The notes beneath the pieces are model-generated. The model saw only the letters and a program-made list of their open reading frames with translations. It was not told the origin of the DNA and made no database searches. From contig NW_021825821.1 in NCBI RefSeq assembly GCF_006345805.1, forward strand, positions 558,001 through 622,000: a stretch of 64,000 nucleotides of DNA, in the 5' to 3' direction. Position numbers and translations under genes: made by a program. The DNA is from Octopus sinensis. Taxonomy: Eukaryota. Of the stretch, positions 12,299 to 27,067 are shown in pieces (position 1 is the stretch's first letter; every line of letters begins with the position of its first letter).

Positions 12299-13288
12299 AT
12301 GTCATTTTTTCGTGTTTGTTGGAAAGGAGATATAAAATTCATTTGCCACGACAATACGAATTACAATTTTGCAGACTTCCAAAATGCAATATTAAGAAAG
12401 TTCAGAAACTTCAAAAATGCCGAGGAAATAGCTGCTATCAAAATTAAGGAATCAGGTAATAACTATCTGTATTCTAATCTACAGACGACCGTTACATCTG
12501 TATTGAGGACGACGAGGATCTTCGAATTATTTTTACAAACTATCCCAATTCTTATATCTACATTTACGGTAATGTTCAAACAAACTAAAAAACAGACCAA
12601 AACGAGGCAAGTGCTTCGATTTGTGACCCACTTTACACTTCCGTGGTGGACAAGGTTAAAGATCTGAGCATGTCTGTCTCAGACTTGTCCCATATTGTGG
12701 AGAAATCGAGAGGTTTGACCTATTTTTTACATTCTTTAAGAAAATTACGGACAGTCCATGTTGTCCACTACAAAACCAGAGAGACCGGTCAATTCGGTTA
12801 CTTCTGATGTGGAGACTCCACTAAAAGAGCCTTTTGAAGTCAATTCAACTCAAAAAATGGACGATCCTCAACTTTTTCGGCCTCAGTTGTCTCATGAAAG
12901 ACCATTTTTGCCTCAAATGCACATAAATCGGCCTGTGGTTGATCCTTCGAGGCCTTGGGGTTACCCTGGGTCAGCACCTCGTCCAATGGATCAAATCACT
13001 CGGGGGGGTCCACCAACTTACCTCCCTACATTCCCCCCCGGAATGATTCATTCGAGATTTGTTGCAGTCCCCAGAATGGGCTACGACGAGTATCGTTATC
13101 CTCCACAGTTTCCTCCAAATACTCAGCCTCCGATGAGTGTAAGTATGCCAGTGGATTATACCTCTCCGTCGTATAATATGCCTCCACCTGTCAATCCAAC
13201 AACCTTCCAAACGAATGTTACGCCCAGCACGGTTCCACAGTCTAATCCTCAGCCGACCTCATATCCTTCTTATTCTAATTATTACTAA
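12299..13288 (+). CDS. PB1-domain protein with Pro/Ser/Tyr-rich C-terminus (possibly TFG-like)
   Basis: After removing a 29-nt intron: IKIKESDDRYICIEDDEDLRIIL (PB1 acidic OPCA-like motif); low-complexity P/Y-rich last exon. Confidence 0.55.
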
Positions 13289-13749
13289 TTTATTTGGGAT
13301 TCTTGTTATTATTTGGTTATAACATTTGTTTGTTACTTGGTTTCTGCTAAGAAAAGAAATTCTGTATCATTCGACCTATCTAGGGAAGTTACTAAAAGAA
13401 AAAACAAACAGAATGTAGACAATGTGATTGGTGACTTGACCAAGACTCAAGAAATGGTTAATACAAATCTTAAAGAACATCTTCTGACTCTCCAATGCCT
13501 GATTGACAAGGTTCATACTGTGGACCGCAGACGGTGGGTTACGGAGGTCGTTGAGTCCGCAAGATCTAGATTTGGGAGGATTTTCCGCGGTGGGTGGTCT
13601 CTCATTACAAATGCTTTTCACTCCAAATTCGAGAAACAGTGGTCTACCTATGGAGGAGTCCCAGAAGGCTGAGATTTCCAATTTTGGGAATTGTTTTAGA
13701 GTTTTGTTCCTAAATTGGGAAAATATGTATAACGGGAAGGAACCTCCGT

Positions 13750-14832
13750 AACCCGACTAGAAAAATTCCAAGAAAATTGCTTAAGAAGGAAATTATAAAT
13801 GGGATCAATGCCTCAATTGAAGAATATATTGATTTTGTGCACAATTTGAATATCAACAATATTACTGATATCATCTATGCAGGACAGTGCACATATGATA
13901 GCCTTACCAAGAAAATTAGAACTAAGAGTAATTGGGAAGAATCAATGAAGAGCAAACTCATTAAACTAAAACAGCAGCTTGAACAAATCAAAACTGCTAG
14001 CGAAATGAAAGAAGAGAAGCAATTTGATGAAGAAACGCGTAATACTTTGTGCTTATATGGATTTAAAAAATCGAAGAGGGGAGAATTCGAAAGAATTGCT
14101 TTCTTAATCCAAGATGGAATTAAAATTGTAGAGAAAAAATTGCGAGTCTATGAATCCAGGAAGGGGTTCCGAAAAGCCAACTGGTCTTTTTAATTGAACA
14201 GGAGAAGGTTCTATAGAAACATCAGTGGAGATAATAAAAGGAAGATAATTAATTTCAATGAGGAGGAATGCCTCTTTTTCTAGAGCAAAATCTGGGATCA
14301 ACATGAATCCAAGAATAGCAATTTTCTGGTCACCACAAGAGTGGCTGGATCAGAGAATATTCGTGCAGAATTTACGGATGAGGCAATTATTATTATCAAG
14401 ATGCTTCCTAATTGGAAAGCATGCAGTTGTGACGAAATCTATAATTTTTTAATCAAAAATTTTACCTCAATTCATGGACATCTTCGTAATGAGATTCGCA
14501 AAATTATAAATGGAGATTTTACCCCTGATGATTGGTTTTATACGGGAATCACATATCTGATCCCTAAGAAAGACGTATGTGACTTCCCCAAGGATTTTAG
14601 GCCAATCACATGTATGCCGAATTTATTTAAGTTGACGACGAAATGTGTAAACATAAAGTTGTCAGAGTATATTGATGCTTTTGGATTAATAAGTGACAAT
14701 CAACTGGGCACAAGAAGAATGTGCCAAAGTGCAAAAGAACAAGCCATAATCAACTAGTGTATTAACTAAGAGAATGCCAATAAATTATTTTCTACATGGA
14801 TTGATGTGAAGAAAGCATTCGATTCTGTAGAT
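13750..14832 (+). mobile_element. R4/Dong-like RLE non-LTR fragment (pre-RT and RT N-terminus), degenerate
   Basis: GITYLIPK..DFRPITCMPNLFKLTT..NQLG..AKEQAIIN..WIDVKKAFDSVD; homologous to 35600-36550; cut by the hAT at 14833. Confidence 0.85.
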
Positions 14833-15505
14833 CAGGGGTTCTCAACCTTTTTAGCTCAAGGGCCAAATCGATAATTAAGATTAGCTTCGCGGGCCGCATA
14901 AAAAATATTTTATATATTTTTATATTTTCCAAGCCGGTAACTCGCTTGCAATCCGAAGTGCAGCCACTGCTGATGCGTAATGAGTTTTTAGACTCTTTTT
15001 TCTTTTTTTAATTTCATTTCCTTTATAAATAAATACAAGCTAAAAAATCTACAAAAGGTGTTGTAACTAAAAATAAAGTATTATTTGTTTATTAAGTTTT
15101 TGAAATCCGGAATAAGTAAAGTCGAAGAAGTTTGTAAAAGCTGACTCAAATGATTATCCGTGAGTTTGTTACGATATTTATTTTTTATTCGAATCATTTT
15201 ACTAAATATTGATTCGCATAAATATGTAGATCCAAACATTGATATATTCATATATGCATTGTGTGTTATATTTTTGAATTTGTCTTGAGGAATTAATTCG
15301 TAAAAATTAATAATGGACGCATTTTTGAACAATGCCGCCAGTTCTATATCATGTTGTAAATTAATGAGTTCTAGTTGAAACTTTGCAGGCGCATCCTTAA
15401 TTTCCACGCTGAATGGAGTAGCGAATATTTTCATTAAAGGAAGGAATTCTTTAAAATTCTAAAAATTAAATTTATATAAATGTACCCCAAAACGTGCTTC
15501 AAATT
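14833..15505 (-). mobile_element. hAT (SPIN/GTF2IRD2-like) 3' half with one terminus
   Basis: TIR CAGGGGTTCTCAACC at 14833; dimerization domain SMFGSTYLCESIFSKM; 27-nt intron 15459-15485. Confidence 0.85.
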
Positions 15506-16080
15506 GATTAATTATTTTGACTCTGTTTACGAAAAACAGAAGGCTTGGGAAAGTTTCAATTGAAGCGAAGTTAGACGGGGAAATTATACCGCAGAGCAAA
15601 ACCCAGAAGATTCTTGGAGTAACATTTGACACCTTTCTAACCTTTTCAACCCACGTTGAAAATGTAATTATGGCGGGTGCAAGAAAGGTTAACTTCCTGA
15701 ATGCCTTCTTGAAGAACGCAGGAGAATGCAAAGGCCTATATGGCCTAAACAACATATATAATCAATACTTGGAACCTACGATCGGCTATGCGTGCGGAAT
15801 CTGGGGAACAAACTTAAGTGCAAACAATCGATCAAAAATCGACAAAATTCGGGTGAGAGCGGCGAACCTGCTGAATACTTTCTCCGATAAAGAGATTATC
15901 CCAAAAGTCTGGAACAACAGAGAGGTTCGTCCTGAAAATCCCCGTCCGTACCGAAAATGCGTCGGGACAACGGCGGAACATCGGGAGAGGCTGCGCGAAC
16001 TGCTGAGGGAGGCTGGGATCACCTGAATTCTTCTTTTTTTTGGCTATGACTGTGGTTTTCTGGTTCAATAAATTAAAAAT
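15505..16080 (+). mobile_element. Jockey/CR1-like LINE 3' fragment
   Basis: KILGVTFDTFLTFSTHV..YLEPTIGYACGIWG; AATAAA/A-rich tail. Confidence 0.75.
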
Positions 16081-16670
16081 TAAATTAAATCACTAATTAT
16101 GGATATGTATTTTTCATAAGCAGCGCCTTCGTTGTTTTCAGATAGTGAATAAAAATGAGATGTATCTCGTCTTTAAGTGGAGTCATCCATAAATATAATT
16201 TTTCGATAAACGAAGAAATATATCCGGCGTGACTCACGTCTGGACTGTGACATGTAATAATAGGGAAAAACAAAAATAATTTACTTCATTCTTTTGTTTA
16301 GATTGGATAAATAAAACAAAATAGGCTCTCTGGAATCGTTCTTATCCTTGATATCCGTCGACCGAGCGAGCGGAGAAACCGGGGCGTACTATTTTTGTAT
16401 GGCTGGTTTTTTTAATTCGAATCTGAATTTTTCCAACTCTTTCATAAATATGAAATCATTGTCTGACATTTCTTTAGTTTTCAGGTAGGTTTCTAAAGGA
16501 AAAATCGCACCCAGCACATCCACAGTGTCATTAGAATATGAGCTTTTATTAACTGCTAAACATTAAAATTTTAAACAGGAAGAGGATTCTGTTTATAACT
16601 GGGGAACTGATCAGAAAAAAGACGTTTGACCACTGGGAAACCAGCTGGTTGTACCAAAGAATATCTATAG

Positions 16671-18866
16671 CAGAGGTTTCCAAGCTTTTTTTTACGCGCC
16701 TCCCTTAGAGAAAAAGTACAATCTTGCGCCTCCCTTTATATTCCATAATATAATACAATTATTATTTTATCAAAAACAATTTTTTAAAACAAAAAGTTAA
16801 TGAGATAATTTTTTTTCCATCTTGGCGCAAAGTTTTTCAAATCTTGGTGTCATCGCAGAGAGTGCTACTCTTAGCTCATTAGTCACTACTAAACGAGTTC
16901 GATATTTAGATTTAATTGCAGCTAGTGCAGAAAATCCAGTTTCGCATAAATATGAAGTAGCAAATGGCAACAAAACTTTTATTGCTTTATTCGACAAAAT
17001 TTCATATTCCGTTCTTACATTCAACCAAAAAGAAATTAGCGGTTCTCTCTCAAATTTTTGTTTCAATAATGTATCGCATGACAATTCTATCAATTTTTCT
17101 TTTTCAAAAGTTGTCAATGCAAATTGATTATCTTCTTCATCAATAAATGGATTCTGTATCCATTCGAACATTTTACAGTCGAGATCTTTAAAATAGTGAG
17201 CAAAATGCTTCAACAAACAATCCAAATGTTCAGCAAATATGTCTTTGTTTGCTTCAATGTTCACTATGGCGCAAAAGGTGTTTAAAAGTGGAAACATGTC
17301 ATAGATATTTTTTTGTATATTTGATTTCCATAATACCAATTTTTTCATAAATGCTTTTATTTTGTCCTTTTGAGAGAATAAATGTAGTTGTGGTCCCTGC
17401 ATTGATTTATTCAATATACTCAATTTCCCAAAAATGTCAACTAAATAGGCAAATTTGACAATAAAGTCATCATCCCTGAACAACTTTGCATCTTCAATAT
17501 CATTTTCATCAAGAAAATCTGCAACTTGATCTTTGAGTTCAAACACCCTTCTAATCACTTTTGCACGAGATAGCCAGCGTACCTCACAATAGTATAAAAG
17601 CGATGTATATTTTGAATCCATATCTTCACACAGCTTTGCAAAAAGCTTAGCTCTTAAAGGACTGTGTTTTATGTAGTTTATAACTTTTGTAATTTGCGCA
17701 AAAATATCGTTCAGTTCTGGACTCATATTCTTTGAGACAAGTGCTGATCTGTGCAGCATGCAGTGCGTCCAGATAATTTCTGGTGCTCTGTTTTTTACAA
17801 GAGCTTGAAGACCAGATTTATTTCCTGACATTGACTGTGCTCCGTCTGTACAAAGTCCAACACAATTGATCCATTCTATGTTATTTTCTTCAAAAAAAGT
17901 ATCAATTATATTAAAAATTTCATTGGCCGTGCTCCTTCCAGGAAATGGTTTGCAGAATAATAGATCTTCTATTATTGTACTTTCTTCAGCATATCTGACA
18001 TATGCAATTAAATGTGCATTTTTATTTATGTCAGCTCCCTCATCAACTTGTATAGCAAATTTACAGTTACGTAGTCGAGAAACCAACTGATCACAAAGAT
18101 CTTCAGATATGTCATCAATTCTTCTAGCGACTGTGTTATCAGCAAGCGGTATTTGCTGTAATTGTTTTGCATAGGATTCGCCAAACATTGCTTCAACCAT
18201 ATCGATAGCTGCTGGCAAAACTAGAGTTTCTCCGATATTGTGCGGTTTCTTGCATTTTGCAATCCTGTAAGAAACTTTGTACGATGCTAGTAAAGCATTT
18301 GAAGAGACAGAACAAGTTTTTTTAACGATTTCGTTTGGTTATCAAACTCTTCTAATTTTCTTTTAAAAAATTCTTCAGACTTATGGACATGTTCAGAATG
18401 CATCGTTTCAAAATGTCTTCTTAATTTGCATGGCCTCATACTATCTGCTGCAAGTGTTTTGAGGCAAAGCAAACAGAGGGGTTTTTCCATAGAATCAACA
18501 AAGATACGTGTGAATCCTAACAATAAGTAAGATGGAAAGTATTTTCTTGTCTTTGGAGTGGTATTGATTATATTCCAATCATTTTGATTTTTTGAACCAT
18601 CGTCAAAATCTTTATTATTCGTGAATTTTCTTTTGCAACCACTCAAGAATTTATTCATGTGTTAAAATTATTTAATTGTCTAATAAATTAAATAAATTTT
18701 TGAAAAAAATAATTTTTAAATTAATAACTCTTATTATCGGAATATAGTCACGTTTTTTACATAGATATAATTTTCTAAAAAATGTTTCTGAAATACTTTT
18801 CGCGCCTCCCTTGACACGAGTCAACGCCTCCCTAGGGAGGCGCGCCTCCCCATTTGGAAACCTCTG
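16671..18866 (-). mobile_element. Complete Buster-type hAT transposon (ZBED5/SCAND3-like transposase)
   Basis: TIR CAGAGGTTTCCAA at both ends; perfect 8-bp TSD ATCTATAG (16663-16670, 18867-18874); GCGCCTCCC subterminal repeats. Confidence 0.95.
16797..18658 (-). CDS. hAT Buster transposase, ~620 aa, one -1 frameshift in an A-run near 18325
   Basis: BED finger CLLC..HFETMH, QVDE, CTDGA, HCMLHR, VRWLSR, PFATSYLCETGFS; adding one A joins ORFs 18287-18658 and 16797-18218. Confidence 0.85.
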
Positions 18867-18899
18867 ATCTATAGCAATCTTGCAAGGTAACTTGTTTGT

Positions 18900-19480
18900 T
18901 ATTTGCGGTGCAGCCACCGGCGAATCCTAATTGTTTTCCCTTTCGATACTTTGAAATACATTCTTATTAATAAAAAAACTTTAAAATTGATTCAAAGACA
19001 ACTGCTGCGTTTTCAACCATGTTATTTATTTTATTTAGTTTGTATTTTGCAAAATGGGTTTTAAATGATCTTATAATTATTAAATCCATAGGTTGAAGAT
19101 TCCCTGTAGCATTATTAAACAAATAAATCAATTCAATGTTTTTGGGAGTATAAGCAGTTTGGTGACCAGGGAAGTTATCGATCAAAAAAATGATTTTCGT
19201 TTTTTTCTTTCTAGCTCGTAGTCTCAATCATAAAGCTAAAAACTAAAAATCTTGCTTATAGAAGCTCTGTAGTCACGATTGATTTTAGACTAAAAATTTG
19301 AAACAGTGAGGGCTTCAAACTTTCCAGCATAGCATGATTGAAAATATTTTTTGATAGTTTTATGGTATAGTTGTATTTTCTCTGCATAATGTTTTTGAGG
19401 GTGTAAGTTTAAAAAATAACCCCGTTTCATTCATATTGTAGACTTTTTGGGGCCATACAAGTTTATTTTCTTTTGGATTT
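18900..19480 (-). mobile_element. pogo/Tigger transposase relic
   Basis: VYNMNETGLFFK, FLIDNFPGH, LQPMDL.IIRSFK. Confidence 0.75.
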
Positions 19481-20223
19481 ATATTATTATAGCGTTTTGC
19501 AAGATGACAACGTAATGTTGACATCTCGCACTGGCCAGCCACATAAGATCAAGACAGAGAGAGAACATGTTATGAAGAAACTAATTAATCTAAATGAAGA
19601 GAATCCAAACGAAGACGTGTTTCTCTGCTCCATCTATTTTTTCTTTTGTGCTGTGGCTGAGATAGACATCCGGTTCCGCAGTGAAATCACTGATGACGGC
19701 GTTACTCGTCAATCCAGGGTGCATGTAATATGCATGGAAGCTTCGGCCGGAATGATAACTGTAAGATTTGAACCCGGGAGCTTCGCAAAACTGCCAAGTC
19801 CTTTAAGCTTTGGATTTCAAAATAAAAAAAGTAAAATCCTTCTTGTTCCCTGAAAATATTTCCCCGTATAATGTTTTTAATTTTATTTTATATTTCTTTT
19901 TTTAATTTTTAAAGCCACCCAATTATCAAATTTAAACTCTGAACATTTTTTTGATTCTTCTAATAATAAATTGTTCATCAAAATTTCCCCTTTGGTTTCC
20001 ATTTTTTCAATGTAATAGATCATGCTATCATTAATCAGTTCATATTTTAAATTTGGTTGTTTTTTATTTTTTGGGTTCAGTTTTGAAAAATCCGAAATTT
20101 TTTTAGTGTTTTTGAAAAATAACTGACACTTCTTGTCGCACTTCCTATTTTAAATTTTTAGAAAAAAATCAGCAATATAAGAGACCTGTTTTTATTACAT
20201 CGGTGATAAGCTATAATTTCATC

Positions 20224-22128
20224 ATTTCAGGTTTTAAGTGGTTCTTACCAATAGCAACGTGGAACTTACAAAAGAAAAATAGTGCATACCAAATGCAAAG
20301 TGAGTTTTACCTAAAGTGAAACTTATCAAAAGCAAAATGGTCTTACTAAAAGCAAATTGAAACTTACCAAAACCAAGTGGAAAAAAATTAACTTGTTATT
20401 TTAAAAAAAAGTAAAGCGCGAAAACAAATTGCTTTTTTCAGCCGCAAAATAGCAGAATAGCTTGTACGACTAAGCAAAAGTGACTAAACAACATTCAAAA
20501 GCGTCGAGATCAATTGTAAACGCGATTAAGGACAAACGTATATATTTGCATTTCTTCGCAAATATTTCATTTTCTCATTTGTACGCCTGCACAAATAAAA
20601 AAGCTTGAGGCTGCAATTAAAAAAAATTTTATTTTCAAAGCCGATGAAGGAAATTGTGACTGAAAGGAGCTTGCAAAATCTCCTGATGTTTTGCATACTA
20701 CTACTTATTGTTAGTTGGTGAACAATGATGAAAAAATTGATGAACTTGATCAGCGATGGGGATCAAAAGCAAAAAAAATTTCTTGATCAAAATAAAACTT
20801 ATTGTGTTGAACAGCTCGAAATTAACCCGAGAATCACTCTTGAGACCTTGAGAATTTTTTTAGATTCTAATTTTAGCTTAAATGTGTGAAAAAATCATTC
20901 AAGTCCACTTAGACGGTTCCTGTTATTCTTTTAAAAGATATCTGATATGAACCAGAGAAAGGTAATAGTCAATTAAATAAAGAAGACTGGGAGGGCGTCC
21001 TAAACTGCGTATGTTATTTTTGCGTATGCGTATGTTACTTGTATGTTATTTTTTTGTATGTTATTGACATCTGTTTTTTATTAAATAAAAAAACAATTTC
21101 ATTACTTTATTATTTATTGGAATATCAATCGGAGAAAATTCCGATACTATTTATGGATGAAAAAATTTTTGACATGCACATATCCTGTAAAAAGAGTCGT
21201 TCAAAAATGAACAAAGACTAATGTTGTTGAAACAAGTTTGCAAAATGCGAATTTACATTTCATTGGTTGTATTGGGTTTCTTTAATTGTTAAATTATGAA
21301 TTGAAACGTGGATCTTTTAATAAAGGATCTGCCCATGAATGGGTGAGAATTTGTCTACGAAAAGCCAGGGAAGCTTACAATTTTCCAATCGTGCTAGTAG
21401 TAGACAATTGTCTATGGAATTGAAAAAATTATAGATAATATCGGAATTTCCTCAGATTGACATTCTAATAAATAATGAAGTACTTCATCGGAAATAAAAT
21501 TTCAAGATTAGGTCCCTATAACCCTATGCTTAACCCAATTGAGAATATTTGGTCAGTATTCAAAGCTGATATAAAAAAACACATCGCAATAGACATTAAT
21601 AATAATTTGAATGGTTTGAGGCAAAAATCTTTGTCAACTACGGGATTTCGACTTCAAAAGTTAATAGAAAATATGATTAACTCATTATGTATAATCATTC
21701 CATCTCTATTCAACACCGCAATTGCTAGAATTTAGAGTTTGGCCTCATCGATGTTAAATAATTATGACGTAATTTATTAAATAGTTTTATTGTTCTACTT
21801 TGCTTTTGGTAAGTTCCACTTTGGTTTTCGGAAGACCCACTTTGGTTTTGGTAAGTTCCACTTTGGTTTTAGGAAGACCCACTTTGGTTTTGGTAAGTTC
21901 CACTTTGGTTTTAGGAAGACCCACTTTGGTTTTGGTAAGTTCCACTTTGCTTTTGGTAAGACCCACTTTGGTTTTGGTAAGAGCCACTTTGCTTTTGGTA
22001 AGAGGCAATTTGCTTTTGGTAAGTTCCACTTAGCTTTTGGTAAAATCCACTTTGCTTTTGATAAATTTCGCTTTGCTTTTGGTAAGACCCACTTTAGTTT
22101 TTGATAAGACTCACTTTAAACCTGAAAT
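20224..22128 (+). mobile_element. Tc1/IS630-like DNA transposon relic with long inverted ends built from 21-bp repeats
   Basis: ATTTCAGGTT..AAGTG at left matches the reverse complement of the right end; internal ILFMDE, VLVVDN, LGPYNPMLNPIENIWS. Confidence 0.7.
21790..22110. repeat. 21-bp minisatellite, ~15 copies (CCACTTTGGTTTTGGTAAG.. consensus)
   Basis: Directly visible tandem array; degenerate inverted copies at 20240-20380. Confidence 0.95.
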
Positions 22129-24800
22129 AGTATAGCATATTTAGTTTTCATTAGTCGTAAACTTTTTTGAGTCACAGTTATTATTAATAAATTATCTCAA
22201 ATAAAAATTTTTATTTAAAAAATCGGCAAATAACAGAATTGAGAAAATAGTAGAATATTTGTAGATAAATCAAACAAGACTTTTGTAAAGAAAATGCAAA
22301 CTTAAAGGGAAATTAAGGATAGTCGTGACTCCCTAAAAATGGGGTTATTTTATGGAAGTAAGTCGACTACAATCAAGACAAGCGTTTGTGTTGATTTTTC
22401 CACGGAGGAGACAAGTAGTTTCCATTTAATGGGTTTAAATGTAGAATTTTTCCGAAGATTATAAGACTTCTAAATAATAGAAGGATAGTTTTATTTACTG
22501 TACTCCCCCTCCACCTGTGACATAGAAACAGCTGTAGAAAAACTACAGATGGAGCTAAATTATTTAAAAGCCGAAAACTCACTTAAGTTTGCCAAAAATA
22601 AATAATTCTTTTTGAATAAAAAACAATTATGTTGTACATAATCATTATCTCATTTTTTGGTGAAAAAACGAAAACTGACAACATTTTTAACACTTTGTAT
22701 TCCAAATCAAGGTCCGACTGTATTATTTTTATGACTGTATAAGCAAACTTTGTCCTGAACATTACTAAGGGCAATGTTTTAAAACTATCAAATAGCTAAA
22801 AACATATTTTCATTATTTCTGCGGTTTCAAGCTAGGCAACTTTCTTTTTGAGCATAGCTGCGAAACTGTTTCTTCAGTCTGTAGTCATAAATCTCCAAAG
22901 TCCTGGAGTTTAAAAAATTCTTAAGTGTTTGCCATCTTGGATTGTTACACAGACAACTTGAGTCCTTCGATTTGATCAAAGATCCCCACCGGAGTCTAAA
23001 ATTGTTCATTTTCTACATAATTAAAGATATTAGCCCAAACTTTTTATTTGTACAGATCAACCTCACTACTTAACTTCTTTAAGAAAGTACAAAAAAGTTT
23101 TAATACAAACACAAATCTTAGACAGCAGATGTCTTTTCTGCTTTAAAATCATGCAACTAAATCTACAATCATATTTGTTACTACTGGCTTTTCTCAAAGA
23201 TATAGGGAGAAATTTCCGAAAAGTTCAAAGTAAATTATAGTGAAATTAAATAAAATAAATAACAAAGAGTATTTAAAGGCCTATGACAAGACCGTGACGC
23301 CAATTGAATATTCTTTGCATCTCTACTAGGAGTCAAAAATCTGGAGGTTTTGATCATATGGAATGAAATTAGCAGTTCCATGCTCTCACTATTTCAAATA
23401 TGGTCTGAATAGAACCTCAAAATTCACAACTGCAGCTTATGACGTCGACCACCTCTCCTTCTGTCATTTTAGATAGAAATATTCATTTTAGGTAAAATTG
23501 GAAAGGTTGATTTTCCCATTTTAAAAAAAGGATTGACCAAATAATGCAATGTTAGACAACTTGCACTATTTTCTTAGGATTCCATAAAGTGAAAGTAGAC
23601 GTAAATAGATCAAAGGGCGTCTCTGATGTATAAAACACAATCATATCGTTTTTCAACAATCTCCAGGTCAAAGTAAAAATTAGTGATTTAAGGAGTCTTT
23701 TAAATATTTCCTTTCTAAAATAAATCCCACAGCTTTCAAAGAGTCGATGATAATAGGTTTATTTGATTGGTCTATTCTATTTTTATTGTATTATTTTTCC
23801 TGATCATCCTTATAAATATAATGAGGGTATATTTTTTCGACTGAGACATTTCCTGGCGTATAGAATATACTCACACTTGGCAGAACTACAAGCATTTCAC
23901 TCATATGGATGTTTATAATCCGTCAATCCGCATTTCTCCTGTGATTTTCAACAAAAATTGAATGATCAAATTAGAGAAATGAATTCAGTGGACGACACAG
24001 ACCTCAATTATTCTTATCAGTCAGAGTGTTATGTCCCCGATCATATACTTCTGCAAGGACATTGTCAACTTTTTAACTAAAAATGAAAAACAACATTTAT
24101 TTTGACATTTTATTTATGCTCATCAAAATTTGCGTTTAAGACATTTCCGTTCTTATCTACACAAGTGAAAATGTTATACTGCACCATAAAATATTTCCCA
24201 CATTTCAAAACTACTATATTTATTTTCATTTAGAATCTGCTAGGGACCTTATTACTCCATGATGTGTAAAAACAACTCACTTGTCCAGTTTCATAAATAT
24301 GTTCTGCTCTCTTTCAAATTGGCGATGATTTGATTTCTGGTTCCGAGATGAAACGACAAGACGCTTCGCTTTCTTTGATTGCTTGGTCGACAGACATCAA
24401 GGATAGAACACGACTCGAAGGAATCATCTTGACTTTTGGACGATCGCTGTGATACATGATAATAGCTTTGTTATTCGCAAATATTGTTTAGTGTCTTTTC
24501 TAAGAAATGATTTATAATTCTAGCGACAAAACTATTGGAGTATTAAACCAAATCGGCAATTTTAGAATGTATAGACCTTTTTCTAATAATAATTCAACTG
24601 CTTTAATAATACTTCTGACAAAGCAGTCCACCAAATGTCCGAAAATACTGATGCATTTTAAATCAATAACTATTTAATAATAATCACGCCATAACTAATC
24701 ACCACTAAGGATCTATCAGAACCAACAAATGGACCCCGCCATTTCCTTTCAAGTTTCCAGAAGATTATTAATAATAAAAGAGGATCATTTATTAACCAAA

Positions 24801-26758
<1,958 letters not shown>

Positions 26759-27067
26759 TTTAAAATAAATGTATTAATAAAATAATTAATTTAAAAAAGT
26801 ATTTAAACTCGTCGTTATTAATAATTTATTTTATTAATTACATATATTTAATTAATAAAAGTGTCTTTTGGTGATTAAAAATATATATATTATAAGTTCT
26901 AATTTTTTAGGCATATTCTAGATTAACTATTATTTTTAATCAATTATATCTTAATTATTTATTATATTAATAATTATTAAATAAATTTTATTGTTGACTT
27001 TTTGTTGGTTAGTTTCTTTATTATTCTCAGTAATAATAATATATTAATTACTTATTAATAGATTATA

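Noticed and set aside
13313-13751. Overlapping ORFs on both strands
   Set aside because: No domain or consistent splice model; possibly a truncated gene, unsupported.
16300-16410. tRNA or Helitron end in a GC-rich patch
   Set aside because: No cloverleaf, no clear box B, and no CTAG terminus.
19473-19853. 126-aa ORF
   Set aside because: Starts inside a pogo relic, no motifs; probably a TE remnant.
21787-22104. Repetitive ORFs (ELTKTKV.., FGFGK..) as proteins
   Set aside because: Translation artefacts of the 21-bp minisatellite.
24040-24480. Stop-codon reassignment suggested by read-through-looking TGA/TAG
   Set aside because: All recognisable conserved genes splice to stop-free frames in the standard code and end in TAA, TAG or TGA.
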